DNA from: Trebonia sp.
GTDB lineage: Bacteria > Actinomycetota > Actinomycetes > Streptosporangiales > Streptosporangiaceae
DNA length: 40,338 bases
Assembly: GCA_036271115.1 (NCBI GenBank)
Contig: DATBBI010000502.1
Span: forward strand, 1-40,338
Direction: 5' to 3'
In this document: piece after piece, positions 1-8,574 of the stretch
Layout: each line of letters opens with the position of its first letter
Numbering within the stretch: the stretch's first letter is position 1
Translations under genes and position numbers: made by a program
The notes under the pieces: model-generated
The model's database searches: none
What the model saw: the letters and a program-made list of their open reading frames with translations, nothing else
Told to the model about the DNA's origin: nothing

Positions 1-141
1 ACGACCCGGCCCGCCACGTAGACGCGCAGCAGCTCCGGGTCGGCGTCCCACACCTGGGAACGCTCCACCATGTCCGCCAGCGCGTGGGAGATCGCCTTGT
101 TGAGCTGGCTATGGATCATGACGGGCCGCCGCTCAACGGGA
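1..141. repeat. 141-bp terminal overlap identical to 40198-40338 (circular assembly overlap)
   Basis: First 141 nt match the last 141 nt exactly, and the start of the minus-strand ORF 39708..40316 lies inside the overlap. Confidence 0.95.
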
Positions 142-403
142 CCACGGACGGCGGGCCGACCGGCACCTTGTCGATCTCGGCGAAGTGGGCCACGGTGCCG
201 TCCGACAGCCGCGCCTGGTACCCCTTTTTCAGGTACTCCACCGCCGCAGCGAGGGCCTCCACCGGGTCGTTGAACCACAGCTTGCGGATGTTTTCCGCGT
301 GCCCCCCCTTCCACACGATCGCCGCGAATTGCGTAACCGGGTCGCCGTCACCGCGTCCGTAGGCGGCTTGTGGTGACTTCTGCGGGTTCTTGGCGGTGGT
401 CAT
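116..403 (-). CDS. hypothetical protein, 95 aa
   Basis: Plausible protein; stop overlaps the ATG of the next gene (ATGA) across the circular junction. Confidence 0.7.
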   Translation of the reverse strand: MTTAKNPQKSPQAAYGRGDGDPVTQFAAIVWKGGHAENIRKLWFNDPVEALAAAVEYLKKGYQARLSDGTVAHFAEIDKVPVGPPSVVPLSGGPS

Positions 404-584
404 CGGAGATCCTTTCGGGGTAATCCAATTCCGTCCCGTCGACGGAATTGCGGTGTGCTTCCAGCCCTCTCAGCAGGGCCGCGTTAACGCTTACGCCCAG
501 CCGGTCGGCGTAGTGCTCATACCAGCTGAGCAGGTCCGACCCGGAGGTGAACCGTAGTGACGTCGGCGGTCCCTGCTTGCCCAT
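348..584 (-). CDS. ribbon-helix-helix (Arc/CopG-like) DNA-binding protein
   Basis: ACAGGAGG RBS before the ATG at 584; pattern TSLRF...LLSWYEHYADRLGVSVNAALLRGLE fits the RHH fold. Confidence 0.65.
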   Translation of the reverse strand: MGKQGPPTSLRFTSGSDLLSWYEHYADRLGVSVNAALLRGLEAHRNSVDGTELDYPERISDDHRQEPAEVTTSRLRTR

Positions 585-786
585 GGCGGCGCCTCCTGTT
601 GGCGTGGTCACTGGCGTTTGGCCCTCTTACCGAATGGCGGGGGACCGAATGTGGTGGCATCGGTGGTGAACACGGGTTCCCTTTCTCGTGCGGCCCGGTA
701 AATGGCGTCCGGGGCCATCCGTATAGGCTAGTCCTAGTACTACTACGAAAAAAGCCCGTAACGAGGGACATCTCCGCCGGGGTAGT

Positions 787-830
787 GGTAATAACGAACC
801 CGCATGGAACCATGCGGAGTCGTTATTACC
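787..830. other. candidate attP site for the serine integrase
   Basis: GGTAATAACGA-AC-CCGCATGG-AA-CCATGCGG-AG-TCGTTATTACC: 44-bp near-perfect inverted repeat around a central dinucleotide, just upstream of the integrase. Confidence 0.65.
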
Positions 831-887
831 TATACTTCCGGGTAGCCCGAATTACGGTGCCACCACACCCAGGAAGGCATTACCCGA

Positions 888-2336
888 ATGAGCGCCACCA
901 GGAAGATGACCGCGCCCGCCGCCACCGCATCCCCCGCGCCCGTAGGCGTCATGCGCGGCTACGCGCGGGTGTCTACCGTCGACCAGCACCCGGAAGTGCA
1001 GATAGAGCGGCTGATCGCCGCCGGGATCGCGGCGGGGCAGATCTACGTCGATAAGGGACAGAGCGGGTCGAAGGCTAAGCGGCCCGCGTGGGACCGGCTG
1101 ATGAACGACATGGAGCCCGGCGACAAGATCGCCGCCGTCCGCCTCGACCGGATCGGCCGGTCGGTGAAGAACCTGTACGACACGATGGAGCTGTTCCGGT
1201 CGCGCGGCTGCTACCTGTGGATACTCGACCAGGGCATTGACACCGAGCAGCCCACCGGGATGGGCAAGCTGTTCTTCGGCATCCTCGCGGTGATCGCCGA
1301 GTTCGAGCGTGACCTGATCATCGAGCGCACGGTGGACGCGCAGGCCGTCGTGCGGCTGACCGGGAACATGCGCCGCATCGCGGGCGGCGGGCCGCCGCTG
1401 GGGTTCCGCGACCCCGGCGGCGCCCCGGACCGGGACTGGGTGCTCGACCCGCGCGCCGCGGACTGGCTCGCGTCCGGGGCGAGGATGGTGCTCGATGATC
1501 CCCAGCACCGGGTGGAGACCGCGTTCAAGGCGCTGCCGCCGATGACCGACAGCACGGGCACGCCGGTCAACGTCAAGATGTTCCGCAGCGCGCTGAAGCG
1601 CGCCGCCTCGGCCGGCATTATCACGGTCCGCGACGTGGAGATCGGGCTCGCGGAGTGCGGCGGCCCGCTGGATGAGCAGACGTGGAAGCGGCTCAAGGGG
1701 ATCTTCGCCGCGCGGAGCAGGGGGCGGACGCCCAGCCTGGTCTACTACCCGTTCGGGCCGCTGCTGCGGTGCGCCAAGTGCGGGAACACGCTGACCGGCG
1801 AGATCGGCTACAAGGGGCGCCGGATGTACGGGTGCCGCAGCCCGCGCAAGGTCAACGGGACGATGCTCACGCCGTGCCGGGGCGTCTCGGTGAGCGCCGC
1901 CGCCGTGGAGGAGCTGCTGCGGGTCACCGTCGAGGAATGGCTGCGCTCCCCGGCCGCCCGCGCGGCCGCCGCCGAGGCGCCGCGCGCGAGCGGGCGGCGC
2001 GAGGAGCTGGAGGAGCTGATCGCCGACCAGCAGGACATGATCGCGGAGTTCGCCGCCCAGCGGCTAGCGCGCCACATGCGGGCCGAGAAGTGCGCGGAAC
2101 TGTCCGGTGAGGCGGCGGCCATGATCGACGCGGCCCGCCGGGAGCTGGACGAGCTGGACGCGCTGGAGGACGACGGCGGCCAGCTTCCCGCCGGGGAAGG
2201 CTGGGACGACATGACGGTGCCCGAGCGGCTGCGCGCCGTGCAGCGCGCCGTGGTCACCCCGATCCGGGTGCTGCCGGGCACACCCGGCCCGAAGGCGGTC
2301 CCGACGGACGAGCGGCTGCTGATCATCCCGCGCTAG
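888..2336 (+). CDS. int: large serine recombinase (integrase)
   Basis: GYARVST catalytic motif, RLDRIGRS, AEFERDLIIER, recombinase domain, Zn ribbon (CAKCG...YGC...C), coiled coil; 482 aa. Confidence 0.95.
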   Translation: MSATRKMTAPAATASPAPVGVMRGYARVSTVDQHPEVQIERLIAAGIAAGQIYVDKGQSGSKAKRPAWDRLMNDMEPGDKIAAVRLDRIGRSVKNLYDTMELFRSRGCYLWILDQGIDTEQPTGMGKLFFGILAVIAEFERDLIIERTVDAQAVVRLTGNMRRIAGGGPPLGFRDPGGAPDRDWVLDPRAADWLASGARMVLDDPQHRVETAFKALPPMTDSTGTPVNVKMFRSALKRAASAGIITVRDVEIGLAECGGPLDEQTWKRLKGIFAARSRGRTPSLVYYPFGPLLRCAKCGNTLTGEIGYKGRRMYGCRSPRKVNGTMLTPCRGVSVSAAAVEELLRVTVEEWLRSPAARAAAAEAPRASGRREELEELIADQQDMIAEFAAQRLARHMRAEKCAELSGEAAAMIDAARRELDELDALEDDGGQLPAGEGWDDMTVPERLRAVQRAVVTPIRVLPGTPGPKAVPTDERLLIIPR

Positions 2337-2562
2337 CCTGGCGGAGGCCACGGGCCGGGCCGCCCTGCCGGATCAGGGCCGCCCGGCCCGTGTGCTGTGC
2401 GCGGCTGCACGCGGCCCCGTGGCGGCCCCGGCGGGCGCACGGACGCCGGGGCACCCGCACGGCCGCCTACGGGCCGCGTGCAGCCGTACGCGAGGGGGAT
2501 GGGTGTCTCCCCGTGGTGCCCGGCCGTACGGGCACGCGCCACCCGGTACAGCACCGTAGGGG

Positions 2563-2592
2563 TTGACACCGATCGATACACAGACGTACGTT
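2563..2592 (+). promoter_or_regulatory. housekeeping-sigma early promoter
   Basis: TTGACA-N18-TACGTT upstream of the early operon. Confidence 0.65.
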
Positions 2593-2643
2593 GCAGAACT
2601 GAACGTTTAACCGCTTGCCGGGGCGCGAGACACACCCCCGGCC

Positions 2644-2740
2644 GACCGCCGGATGGTCGTTAAAGATCCGAGAACGACCACCGGACGGTCGGTAAAGGCC
2701 CGAGAACGCCCCGCTCGGGAGGCGTGAAACCTCCGAGACC
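2644..2740. promoter_or_regulatory. tandem 32-bp degenerate repeats containing palindromes (putative operators)
   Basis: GACCGCCGGATGGTCGTTAAAGATCCGAGAAC followed by GACCACCGGACGGTCGGTAAAGGCCCGAGAAC, plus a weaker third copy. Confidence 0.5.
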
Positions 2741-2823
2741 CACCCATTGGGCTCCGCCCGGCTCGCAGCGTACACCCCGCGCTGCGGGCCGTGCGGTCAC
2801 CGATCATCCGTGGAGGATGGGTC

Positions 2824-3054
2824 TTGACTGCCGCCGTGCCCGACACCGGGCCGCTTTTCAACTACCTGATGCTGCGCCAGTGGCGCTATGACGCCGCGCT
2901 GACCCGCGAGCAGGTGTGGGCCGGGACCGGCTGCTCCGTCGCGTGGCTGCGCGACCTGGAGGCCGGCCGCGCCATCCCCAGCCTGGACATGCTCGGGCGC
3001 CTGGCGCGCTTCTACGGGCACGAGCCCGGCGAGCTGCTGGCCGGTGCCGGATGA
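2824..3054 (+). CDS. XRE-family HTH transcription regulator (Cro-like)
   Basis: LRQWR..AALTREQVWAGTGCSVAWLRDLEAGRAIPSLDMLGRLARFYG; GGAGGA RBS before TTG at 2824. Confidence 0.85.
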   Translation: MTAAVPDTGPLFNYLMLRQWRYDAALTREQVWAGTGCSVAWLRDLEAGRAIPSLDMLGRLARFYGHEPGELLAGAG

Positions 3055-3269
3055 TCCCCGCCGAGCGCCTGGCGGCGTTCCGTGAGCGGCTGCGCGAGGC
3101 GTTCGCCGCGGCGCCTGGCCGAAGCGCCGACGACCGCGAGGAGGACCGTCAGTTCTTCGCTTCCTGGCGGGCACGGCAGGCCCGTGACGCCGCGCACGTG
3201 CAAACGCCCCGTGCAATCACACGGGCAGGCGTCCGTGCAGGTCGGAGGGCATACCAAAATGTGCGGTGA
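3051..3269 (+). CDS. hypothetical protein
   Basis: ATGA overlap with the HTH gene. Confidence 0.5.
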   Translation: MIPAERLAAFRERLREAFAAAPGRSADDREEDRQFFASWRARQARDAAHVQTPRAITRAGVRAGRRAYQNVR

Positions 3270-3377
3270 ACCAATCATTAGGTATTGTCTGGAAATCGTC
3301 TGCGGCCTACCGTCGAACCGGAGGGACGTTCCGGTCAGCGTCCGGAGGTGCAGGAACGGCAGGGGGGCGGTCGCGAC

Positions 3378-4178
3378 ATGAGCGTCGCGCGCCACGAGCA
3401 CGGCAAGGGTCACCGCTACAAGGTCGACGGCCAGTGGGTGCCGGGCGTGACCACCATCCTCGGCAAGACCATGCCCAAGCCCGGCCTGGTCAACTGGTCC
3501 GCCCGCTGCGCCGCCGACGAGGCCGTGAGCTGCTGGGATGAGCTGGCGGAACTGCCCGACGAGGTGATCCACAACCGGCTGCTGACCGCTCACCGCCGTG
3601 ACCTCGACGTGGCCGCCAAGCGCGGCACCGAGATCCACAAGATCGCCGCCGCGCTCAACGACGGCCTGGACGCCGAGGTGCCCGAGGAGCTGGAAGGGCA
3701 CATCGACGCCTACCGCGACTTCCTGCGCGTCGTACGGCCCGTCCCGCTGCTGAACGGCACCGAGCTCGTCGTGGCGAACCGCACGCACCGCTACTGCGGC
3801 ACCGTCGACCTGGTGGCCGACCTGCCCGCGCTCACCCTCGGCGGCGAGCACATCCCCGCCGACCGCTGGCTACTCGAGCTGAAGTCAACGCGCTCGAAGA
3901 TCTGGCCCGAGTCCGCCATCCAGGCGTGCGCCTACACCAAGGCCGAGGTTTTCGTGGACCCCGCCGCGCCCGAGGACGAGCGGCGCATGGAATGGCTCGG
4001 CGTCCACCGGACCGGCGTGGTCTGGATCCGCTCGGACTGCTGGGAGTTCCGCCCGGTCAGCACGACCGACGCGACGTGGGACTACTTCCTGTCCCTGCGC
4101 TGGCAGTACGACCACCGCGACGAGCTGGATACGTGGATCGGCGGAACGCTCGCCCCGGCCGAGCTGGAGGCCGTGTGA
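3378..4178 (+). CDS. PD-(D/E)XK exonuclease (Cas4/RecE-like, recombination module)
   Basis: VPGVTTIL, RGTEIH, E...YCGTVDL...LLELKS, QACAY motifs; followed by a RecT-like gene. Confidence 0.85.
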   Translation: MSVARHEHGKGHRYKVDGQWVPGVTTILGKTMPKPGLVNWSARCAADEAVSCWDELAELPDEVIHNRLLTAHRRDLDVAAKRGTEIHKIAAALNDGLDAEVPEELEGHIDAYRDFLRVVRPVPLLNGTELVVANRTHRYCGTVDLVADLPALTLGGEHIPADRWLLELKSTRSKIWPESAIQACAYTKAEVFVDPAAPEDERRMEWLGVHRTGVVWIRSDCWEFRPVSTTDATWDYFLSLRWQYDHRDELDTWIGGTLAPAELEAV

Positions 4179-4325
4179 TGCGCCCTAGGGAACGGGGCGG
4201 GCGCCCCGCTGCTGACGACAGCGTGACGCCCGCAGCCATCCGCGAGCACCTCCGCCGCACACACCTGGAAGAGATACCCCGATGACCACCACCACAATTA
4301 CCACCACGAACGGACACCGAACCTG

Positions 4326-5453
4326 ATGGCCGCGCGAAACAGCGCCGCCAATGACGGCGGCGCCAACCTGTCCCTGCGCACCTGGGCGCTGGAGGCCGAG
4401 GCCGCCGCCGGGATCGCCCGCTCCCTGGCCCCCACCGCGTTCATTCCCGATCACCTGCGCGTCTGGACTAACCCGGCCGAGCGCGACCCGGCCAAGCGGG
4501 TGCTCGACTTCGAGGGCACCGTCGCCCAGGTCACGGCCGTGCTGCTGGCCGGGCAGGAGCTTGAGTTCGGCCCCATGGCCAGCCTCCGCGCGTTCGTCAT
4601 CATCCGGGGCACCGTCGCCCTGTACGCGGTCGCGGCCCGCGCGCTGCTGCTGCGCCACGGCCACGAGATCGTCGTGCACGAGTCGACCGCCTCCCGCGCG
4701 ATCGTCCGGGTGCGCCGCGCCGGTTCCGACGACTGGCAGCAGGTCGTATGGGACACCGAGCGGGCACGCCTCGCGGGCCTGTACCCCGGCCGGGTCGACG
4801 GCCAGTGGCGCACCCAGACCAAATCCATGCTGGTGGCCCGCGCCACCGCCGAGGGCTGCCGGTGGGTCGCCGCTGACGCGCTGCTCGGCCTGCCGCTGCT
4901 CGCCGAGGAGGTCGCCGATGAGATGCGCGGCACCGCCGAGGCGCCCGACCCGGACGCGCCGCCCCCCGGCTCGGCCGCCACCTCCACCTCGACCACCACG
5001 CGCGCCCGGCCGCCGCGCTCGGCCGCCGTGCGGGCCGGGCTGCCTGTAGCCGCGCCGCTCGGCACGCAGGCGCCGCCCCCGGCCCCGGCCGACTCGACGC
5101 CGCCGCCGGGCACCCCGCCGCCGAGCAAGCAGGCGCTCGGCAAGATCCACGCCGGGCTGCGTGACATGGGGGTGACCGGCGCGGCTGAGGGCCTGGCCCT
5201 GATCTCGATATGGGCCGGGCGGCCGATCACCAGCACCGGGCACCTGATGCCTGACGAGGTGAAAGCCGTGCTGATCCACCTGCGGGAGATCGCCGCGGCT
5301 CGGGCCGCCGACCGGGGCGAGGACCAGCCGCCGCCGCCCGAAGGCGGCCAGCCGATGCGCCCGCCGCCCGCCGGGCAGCCCGGCCAGGACGCCGGGACCG
5401 CCGAGCCCGCCGGGGAGGTGAGCGGCGATGGAGATGCCCCGCCAGCTGAGTGA
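4326..5453 (+). CDS. RecT-like single-strand annealing protein
   Basis: LAGQELEFGPMASLRAFVIIRGTVALYA...WDTERARLAGL...ML.ARAT..GCRW.A.DALLGL, typical of actinophage annealases; adjacent to the exonuclease. Confidence 0.75.
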   Translation: MAARNSAANDGGANLSLRTWALEAEAAAGIARSLAPTAFIPDHLRVWTNPAERDPAKRVLDFEGTVAQVTAVLLAGQELEFGPMASLRAFVIIRGTVALYAVAARALLLRHGHEIVVHESTASRAIVRVRRAGSDDWQQVVWDTERARLAGLYPGRVDGQWRTQTKSMLVARATAEGCRWVAADALLGLPLLAEEVADEMRGTAEAPDPDAPPPGSAATSTSTTTRARPPRSAAVRAGLPVAAPLGTQAPPPAPADSTPPPGTPPPSKQALGKIHAGLRDMGVTGAAEGLALISIWAGRPITSTGHLMPDEVKAVLIHLREIAAARAADRGEDQPPPPEGGQPMRPPPAGQPGQDAGTAEPAGEVSGDGDAPPAE

Positions 5454-5652
5454 GGCCGAACTGGCCGGCATCGAGCAGCGCGCCGACCTGTGCTTCCACC
5501 ACGGCGACCCGGCCGCGCTGCGCGAGCAGGACGTAGCCGACCTGATCCGCGAGATCCGCGAGCTGTGGGCGCTGCGCCGCTCGCTGCTGGCCCGCACCCG
5601 CCAGATGCTCCACGACGTCAACGACCCCGACGACGGCGGCGATCCGCCGTGA
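5428..5652 (+). CDS. hypothetical protein
   Basis: GGAGG RBS, overlaps neighbours, GC3-biased codons. Confidence 0.6.
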   Translation: MEMPRQLSEAELAGIEQRADLCFHHGDPAALREQDVADLIREIRELWALRRSLLARTRQMLHDVNDPDDGGDPP

Positions 5653-5741
5653 CAGACGCCGCGCGGCGGGCGAGCCTCTCCTGTGCTCCCTACCCCCTGG
5701 CTCCCCGCCGCGCGGCCCGATCGGCGAGGAGGCAACCGCCG

Positions 5742-5966
5742 ATGACGCACCACTGCCCCGTGCGGGCCTGCGCCCGCGACGACATCCCCGATCACCTGTT
5801 CATGTGCCTGCCGCACTGGCGGCTGGTCCCGCCCGCGATCCAGAAGGCGGTGAACGTCGCCTACGCCCGTGGCGCGGGCGTCGGCTCCGGCCAGCTCGTC
5901 GCGGCGCATCATCTCGCCGTCCGGGCCGTCAACCTGGCGCTCGGCTACCCGACACCCGAGGAGTAA
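5742..5966 (+). CDS. small Zn-binding protein (C-x4-C...C-x2-H)
   Basis: GAGGAGG RBS; HHCPVRAC...MCLPHW. Confidence 0.7.
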   Translation: MTHHCPVRACARDDIPDHLFMCLPHWRLVPPAIQKAVNVAYARGAGVGSGQLVAAHHLAVRAVNLALGYPTPEE

Positions 5967-5971
5967 CCACC

Positions 5972-6352
5972 ATGCCCACCGTGAAGACCAACGCCGTTCT
6001 CCCGAAGGGCGACGAGAACGGCCTCTACACCATCGCCGCCGAGCTGATCGCCGACCCCAAGAAGTACCGGGCGGTCATCGCGATCGTGGACTGCCGCCGC
6101 GTCACGATCGACCAGGATAACGGCGAGGAGGCGGCCACCATCCGCATCCGCCGCGCCGAGGTGGTGCTGCCCGAGGACCTCGCCGCGGCCGAGCGGCTGA
6201 TCCGCCGCGCGCTGGAGCACCGCCTGGGGCAGACCACGCTGCCGCTCGACCTGGAAGACGAGATCGAGGAGGCGTTCCGCGACATGCCCGCCGAGCTGCC
6301 CCTTGACGACGGCGGCGACGACCCGGAACAGGACGGGGGCGGTCCCCAGTGA
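5972..6352 (+). CDS. hypothetical phage protein
   Basis: GAGGAG RBS; globular sequence with an acidic tail. Confidence 0.75.
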   Translation: MPTVKTNAVLPKGDENGLYTIAAELIADPKKYRAVIAIVDCRRVTIDQDNGEEAATIRIRRAEVVLPEDLAAAERLIRRALEHRLGQTTLPLDLEDEIEEAFRDMPAELPLDDGGDDPEQDGGGPQ

Positions 6353-6834
6353 ACGGCGGCGAGGGCGGCACCAGGCGCACCGGCTCGAACCGTGCCGTGC
6401 GGACCCCGCCCGGCGGGAACGACACGCTCAGCGCCGAGACGGTCGACGGCACAGGCCCGATCGGCGGGGAGCTGCTCGCCGCCGGGGTCGCCGATGACCT
6501 GCGCGCCCAGATCCAGCGCGCCGAGGGCGTGCTAAGCGAGCTGCGCGGCCTGATCAGCGAGCACCGCCAGGCCGCCACCGAGGCGGCCGACACCGCGCGC
6601 GGCGCCGCGTTCGCCGCCGGGCAGGCCGAGGTGCAGCGCTTCCAGACGTTCCTCGCCGGGGAGATGACGGTCGCGATGCAGGGGTTCGACGGCGCGGTGC
6701 ACCGTGCCCGCCAGGCGGTTCTCAGCTCCATCCGGCCGCGCCTGGTGCAGATCGACGCGCGGACCGGCTGGGTCACCGTCCAGTTCGACGGCGACATGCC
6801 GTCCGAGACGGCCAGGGCGGAGCGTGAGCGATGA
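6349..6834 (+). CDS. helical hypothetical protein, paralog of 7088..7486
   Basis: GTGA overlap; ungapped similarity to 7088..7486. Confidence 0.7.
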   Translation: MNGGEGGTRRTGSNRAVRTPPGGNDTLSAETVDGTGPIGGELLAAGVADDLRAQIQRAEGVLSELRGLISEHRQAATEAADTARGAAFAAGQAEVQRFQTFLAGEMTVAMQGFDGAVHRARQAVLSSIRPRLVQIDARTGWVTVQFDGDMPSETARAERER

Positions 6835-7091
6835 GCGACGGTTTCGGCTTCGGGCCGGGCCAGTGGTTCGTGGTCCGCTCCCGCGCGGAGTGGGCACGGC
6901 AGTACCACGAGGCCGCCGAGGCGGTCAAAGCCAAGAACGGCGGCGAGGACCCGCCCACGCTGCGCGAGAGCCACCGCATTGACCCGTGGGCGTTCTCGCT
7001 CATGGTCGAGGCCCTGGTGGCGCTGGACGTCGCGGTGGACGACGAGATGGTCGACCTGGCCGGCCTGCACGACGTGGGGAGCTTCTGGTGA
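6831..7091 (+). CDS. hypothetical protein
   Basis: 4-bp overlaps at both ends. Confidence 0.7.
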   Translation: MSDGFGFGPGQWFVVRSRAEWARQYHEAAEAVKAKNGGEDPPTLRESHRIDPWAFSLMVEALVALDVAVDDEMVDLAGLHDVGSFW

Positions 7092-7486
7092 GCACGGGCC
7101 GCCGGGCCCGCGCCGAGCAGGTACCCGAGGCGGAGGCGGCGCTGCGCGAGCTGCTCGCCGACGCGCACGGCGCGATTCAAGATCTCACCCGCCTGCTGAA
7201 GGAGGTCCGCGCCGCGATCGCCGCCGGGGCGGCCGCCGCCGACAAGGCCGCCTACGACGCCGCTGACAAGCAGATCCTCGCGTTCCAGGAGCACCTCCAG
7301 CGCGAGGCCAACAAGGCGTCGGCGGACCTCAACGAGGCGGTGACCCGCGCCCGGCTCGACGTCGCGGCCGCGATCACCCCCACCGCGATCCACGTCACGG
7401 AGGCGGTCGGCGATCAGCCCGGCCTGGTCTCGATCGACTTCGCGGGCCACCTGTTCGATGACGCCGTGACCGTGAGGAAAACATGA
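7088..7486 (+). CDS. helical hypothetical protein, paralog of 6349..6834
   Basis: GTGA overlap; similarity to 6349..6834. Confidence 0.7.
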   Translation: MSTGRRARAEQVPEAEAALRELLADAHGAIQDLTRLLKEVRAAIAAGAAAADKAAYDAADKQILAFQEHLQREANKASADLNEAVTRARLDVAAAITPTAIHVTEAVGDQPGLVSIDFAGHLFDDAVTVRKT

Positions 7487-7638
7487 GCCGCGAGCGGAAG
7501 CGCCGCGCCAAGTGCCGCTGGTGCGGGGTCACGAAGTCGCTCACCAAGGACGGGCGGCTGCGCCAGCACATGCGCCGCACCGACGACCCGCGCAACCCCA
7601 CCGCCAGGTGCGGCGGGTCGGGACAGAGGCCGGTATGA
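7483..7638 (+). CDS. small basic Zn-finger protein, 51 aa (not in ORF track)
   Basis: MSRERKRRAKCRWCG...GRLRQH...RCGGSG; ATGA overlaps at both ends. Confidence 0.7.
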   Translation: MSRERKRRAKCRWCGVTKSLTKDGRLRQHMRRTDDPRNPTARCGGSGQRPV

Positions 7639-7982
7639 GCGATCACGACTGCTGCCAGGTGCGGATGATGGTCGGCCTGACCGTCGTACTCGAGGTGAGC
7701 TTCTGCCCCGAGTCGATGCACCCGGCGTTCAAGCGCGACCTGGAGGCGCGGCTGCTGCTGACGGCCGCCGCCGCCTCCATGGCCGGCGTGCCCTGGCGGG
7801 TGCTGTGGAAAGACCTCCGCGAGCCGTCATCACGCCCGATGAGCCAGTCGGGCAACCCCCGCGGGCTGCCCGTGGCCCGTGAACAGATCATCCTCGCCGC
7901 CGCGACCGGGCTGCGGCTCATGGCGCTCGACCGGCCGTGGCTGGCACGGCTGCTGGACTGGCCAAAGCAGGAGGCAACGTGA
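7635..7982 (+). CDS. hypothetical protein
   Basis: Translationally coupled on both sides. Confidence 0.55.
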   Translation: MSDHDCCQVRMMVGLTVVLEVSFCPESMHPAFKRDLEARLLLTAAAASMAGVPWRVLWKDLREPSSRPMSQSGNPRGLPVAREQIILAAATGLRLMALDRPWLARLLDWPKQEAT

Positions 7983-8236
7983 CACCGCTGGAGATGGCGC
8001 GCAACGCCGCGAAGAACGTGGAGCTCTACGCGATCGCCCAGGGCGAGGACCCGGCGCGGGCGATGGCCGCCCGGATGGGCGAGCGGGGCAAGGCCGCCGC
8101 CGAGACCGCCGCGTGCATGGCCATGGTGTCGATCGCCGAGGACCTGCACCGCATCGCCGAGCTGCTCGGCGCGATGCCCATGCCCGAAGGGATGCTCGAC
8201 GCCGAGGAGCGGGAGAGGCCGAAGGACGCGCGGTGA
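7979..8236 (+). CDS. hypothetical protein
   Basis: AGGAGG RBS, GTGA overlap. Confidence 0.7.
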   Translation: MTPLEMARNAAKNVELYAIAQGEDPARAMAARMGERGKAAAETAACMAMVSIAEDLHRIAELLGAMPMPEGMLDAEERERPKDAR

Positions 8237-8574
8237 GCCGGGACAAGGGCAACGCCGCGCCCGCCTGGGTTGCCGCGTGGCTTCGGCCCTGGTGGCCTGA
8301 CGCGGAGAAGACCCCGAACTCGCGGCCGGGGCGCGACATCCTCGGCACGCCGGGCACCGCCATCGAGGTCAAGACCGAGATGCGGTGGTCGCACAAGTGG
8401 CTCGCCCAGGCCGCCAAGTACGCGGGTGACGGCGAGATCGCGCTGGTCGTCTACCTGCCGCCCGGCTGCGGCGAGACGGCGGTCGGCGATGCCCTGGTGG
8501 TGCTTCCCTTGCGCCAGGTCATGCCGCTGCTCACCGCAGCCGGGTACGCCCCACAACCTACCGAGGTGACGTGA
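8233..8574 (+). CDS. Holliday junction resolvase-like PD-(D/E)XK nuclease
   Basis: SRDKG...GRDILGTPGTAIEVKT...WLAQA pattern; lies directly before the replication gene. Confidence 0.75.
   Translation: MSRDKGNAAPAWVAAWLRPWWPDAEKTPNSRPGRDILGTPGTAIEVKTEMRWSHKWLAQAAKYAGDGEIALVVYLPPGCGETAVGDALVVLPLRQVMPLLTAAGYAPQPTEVT

Noticed and set aside
3378-4178. Cas4 as part of a CRISPR system
   Set aside because: Its context next to the RecT-like gene indicates a recombination exonuclease
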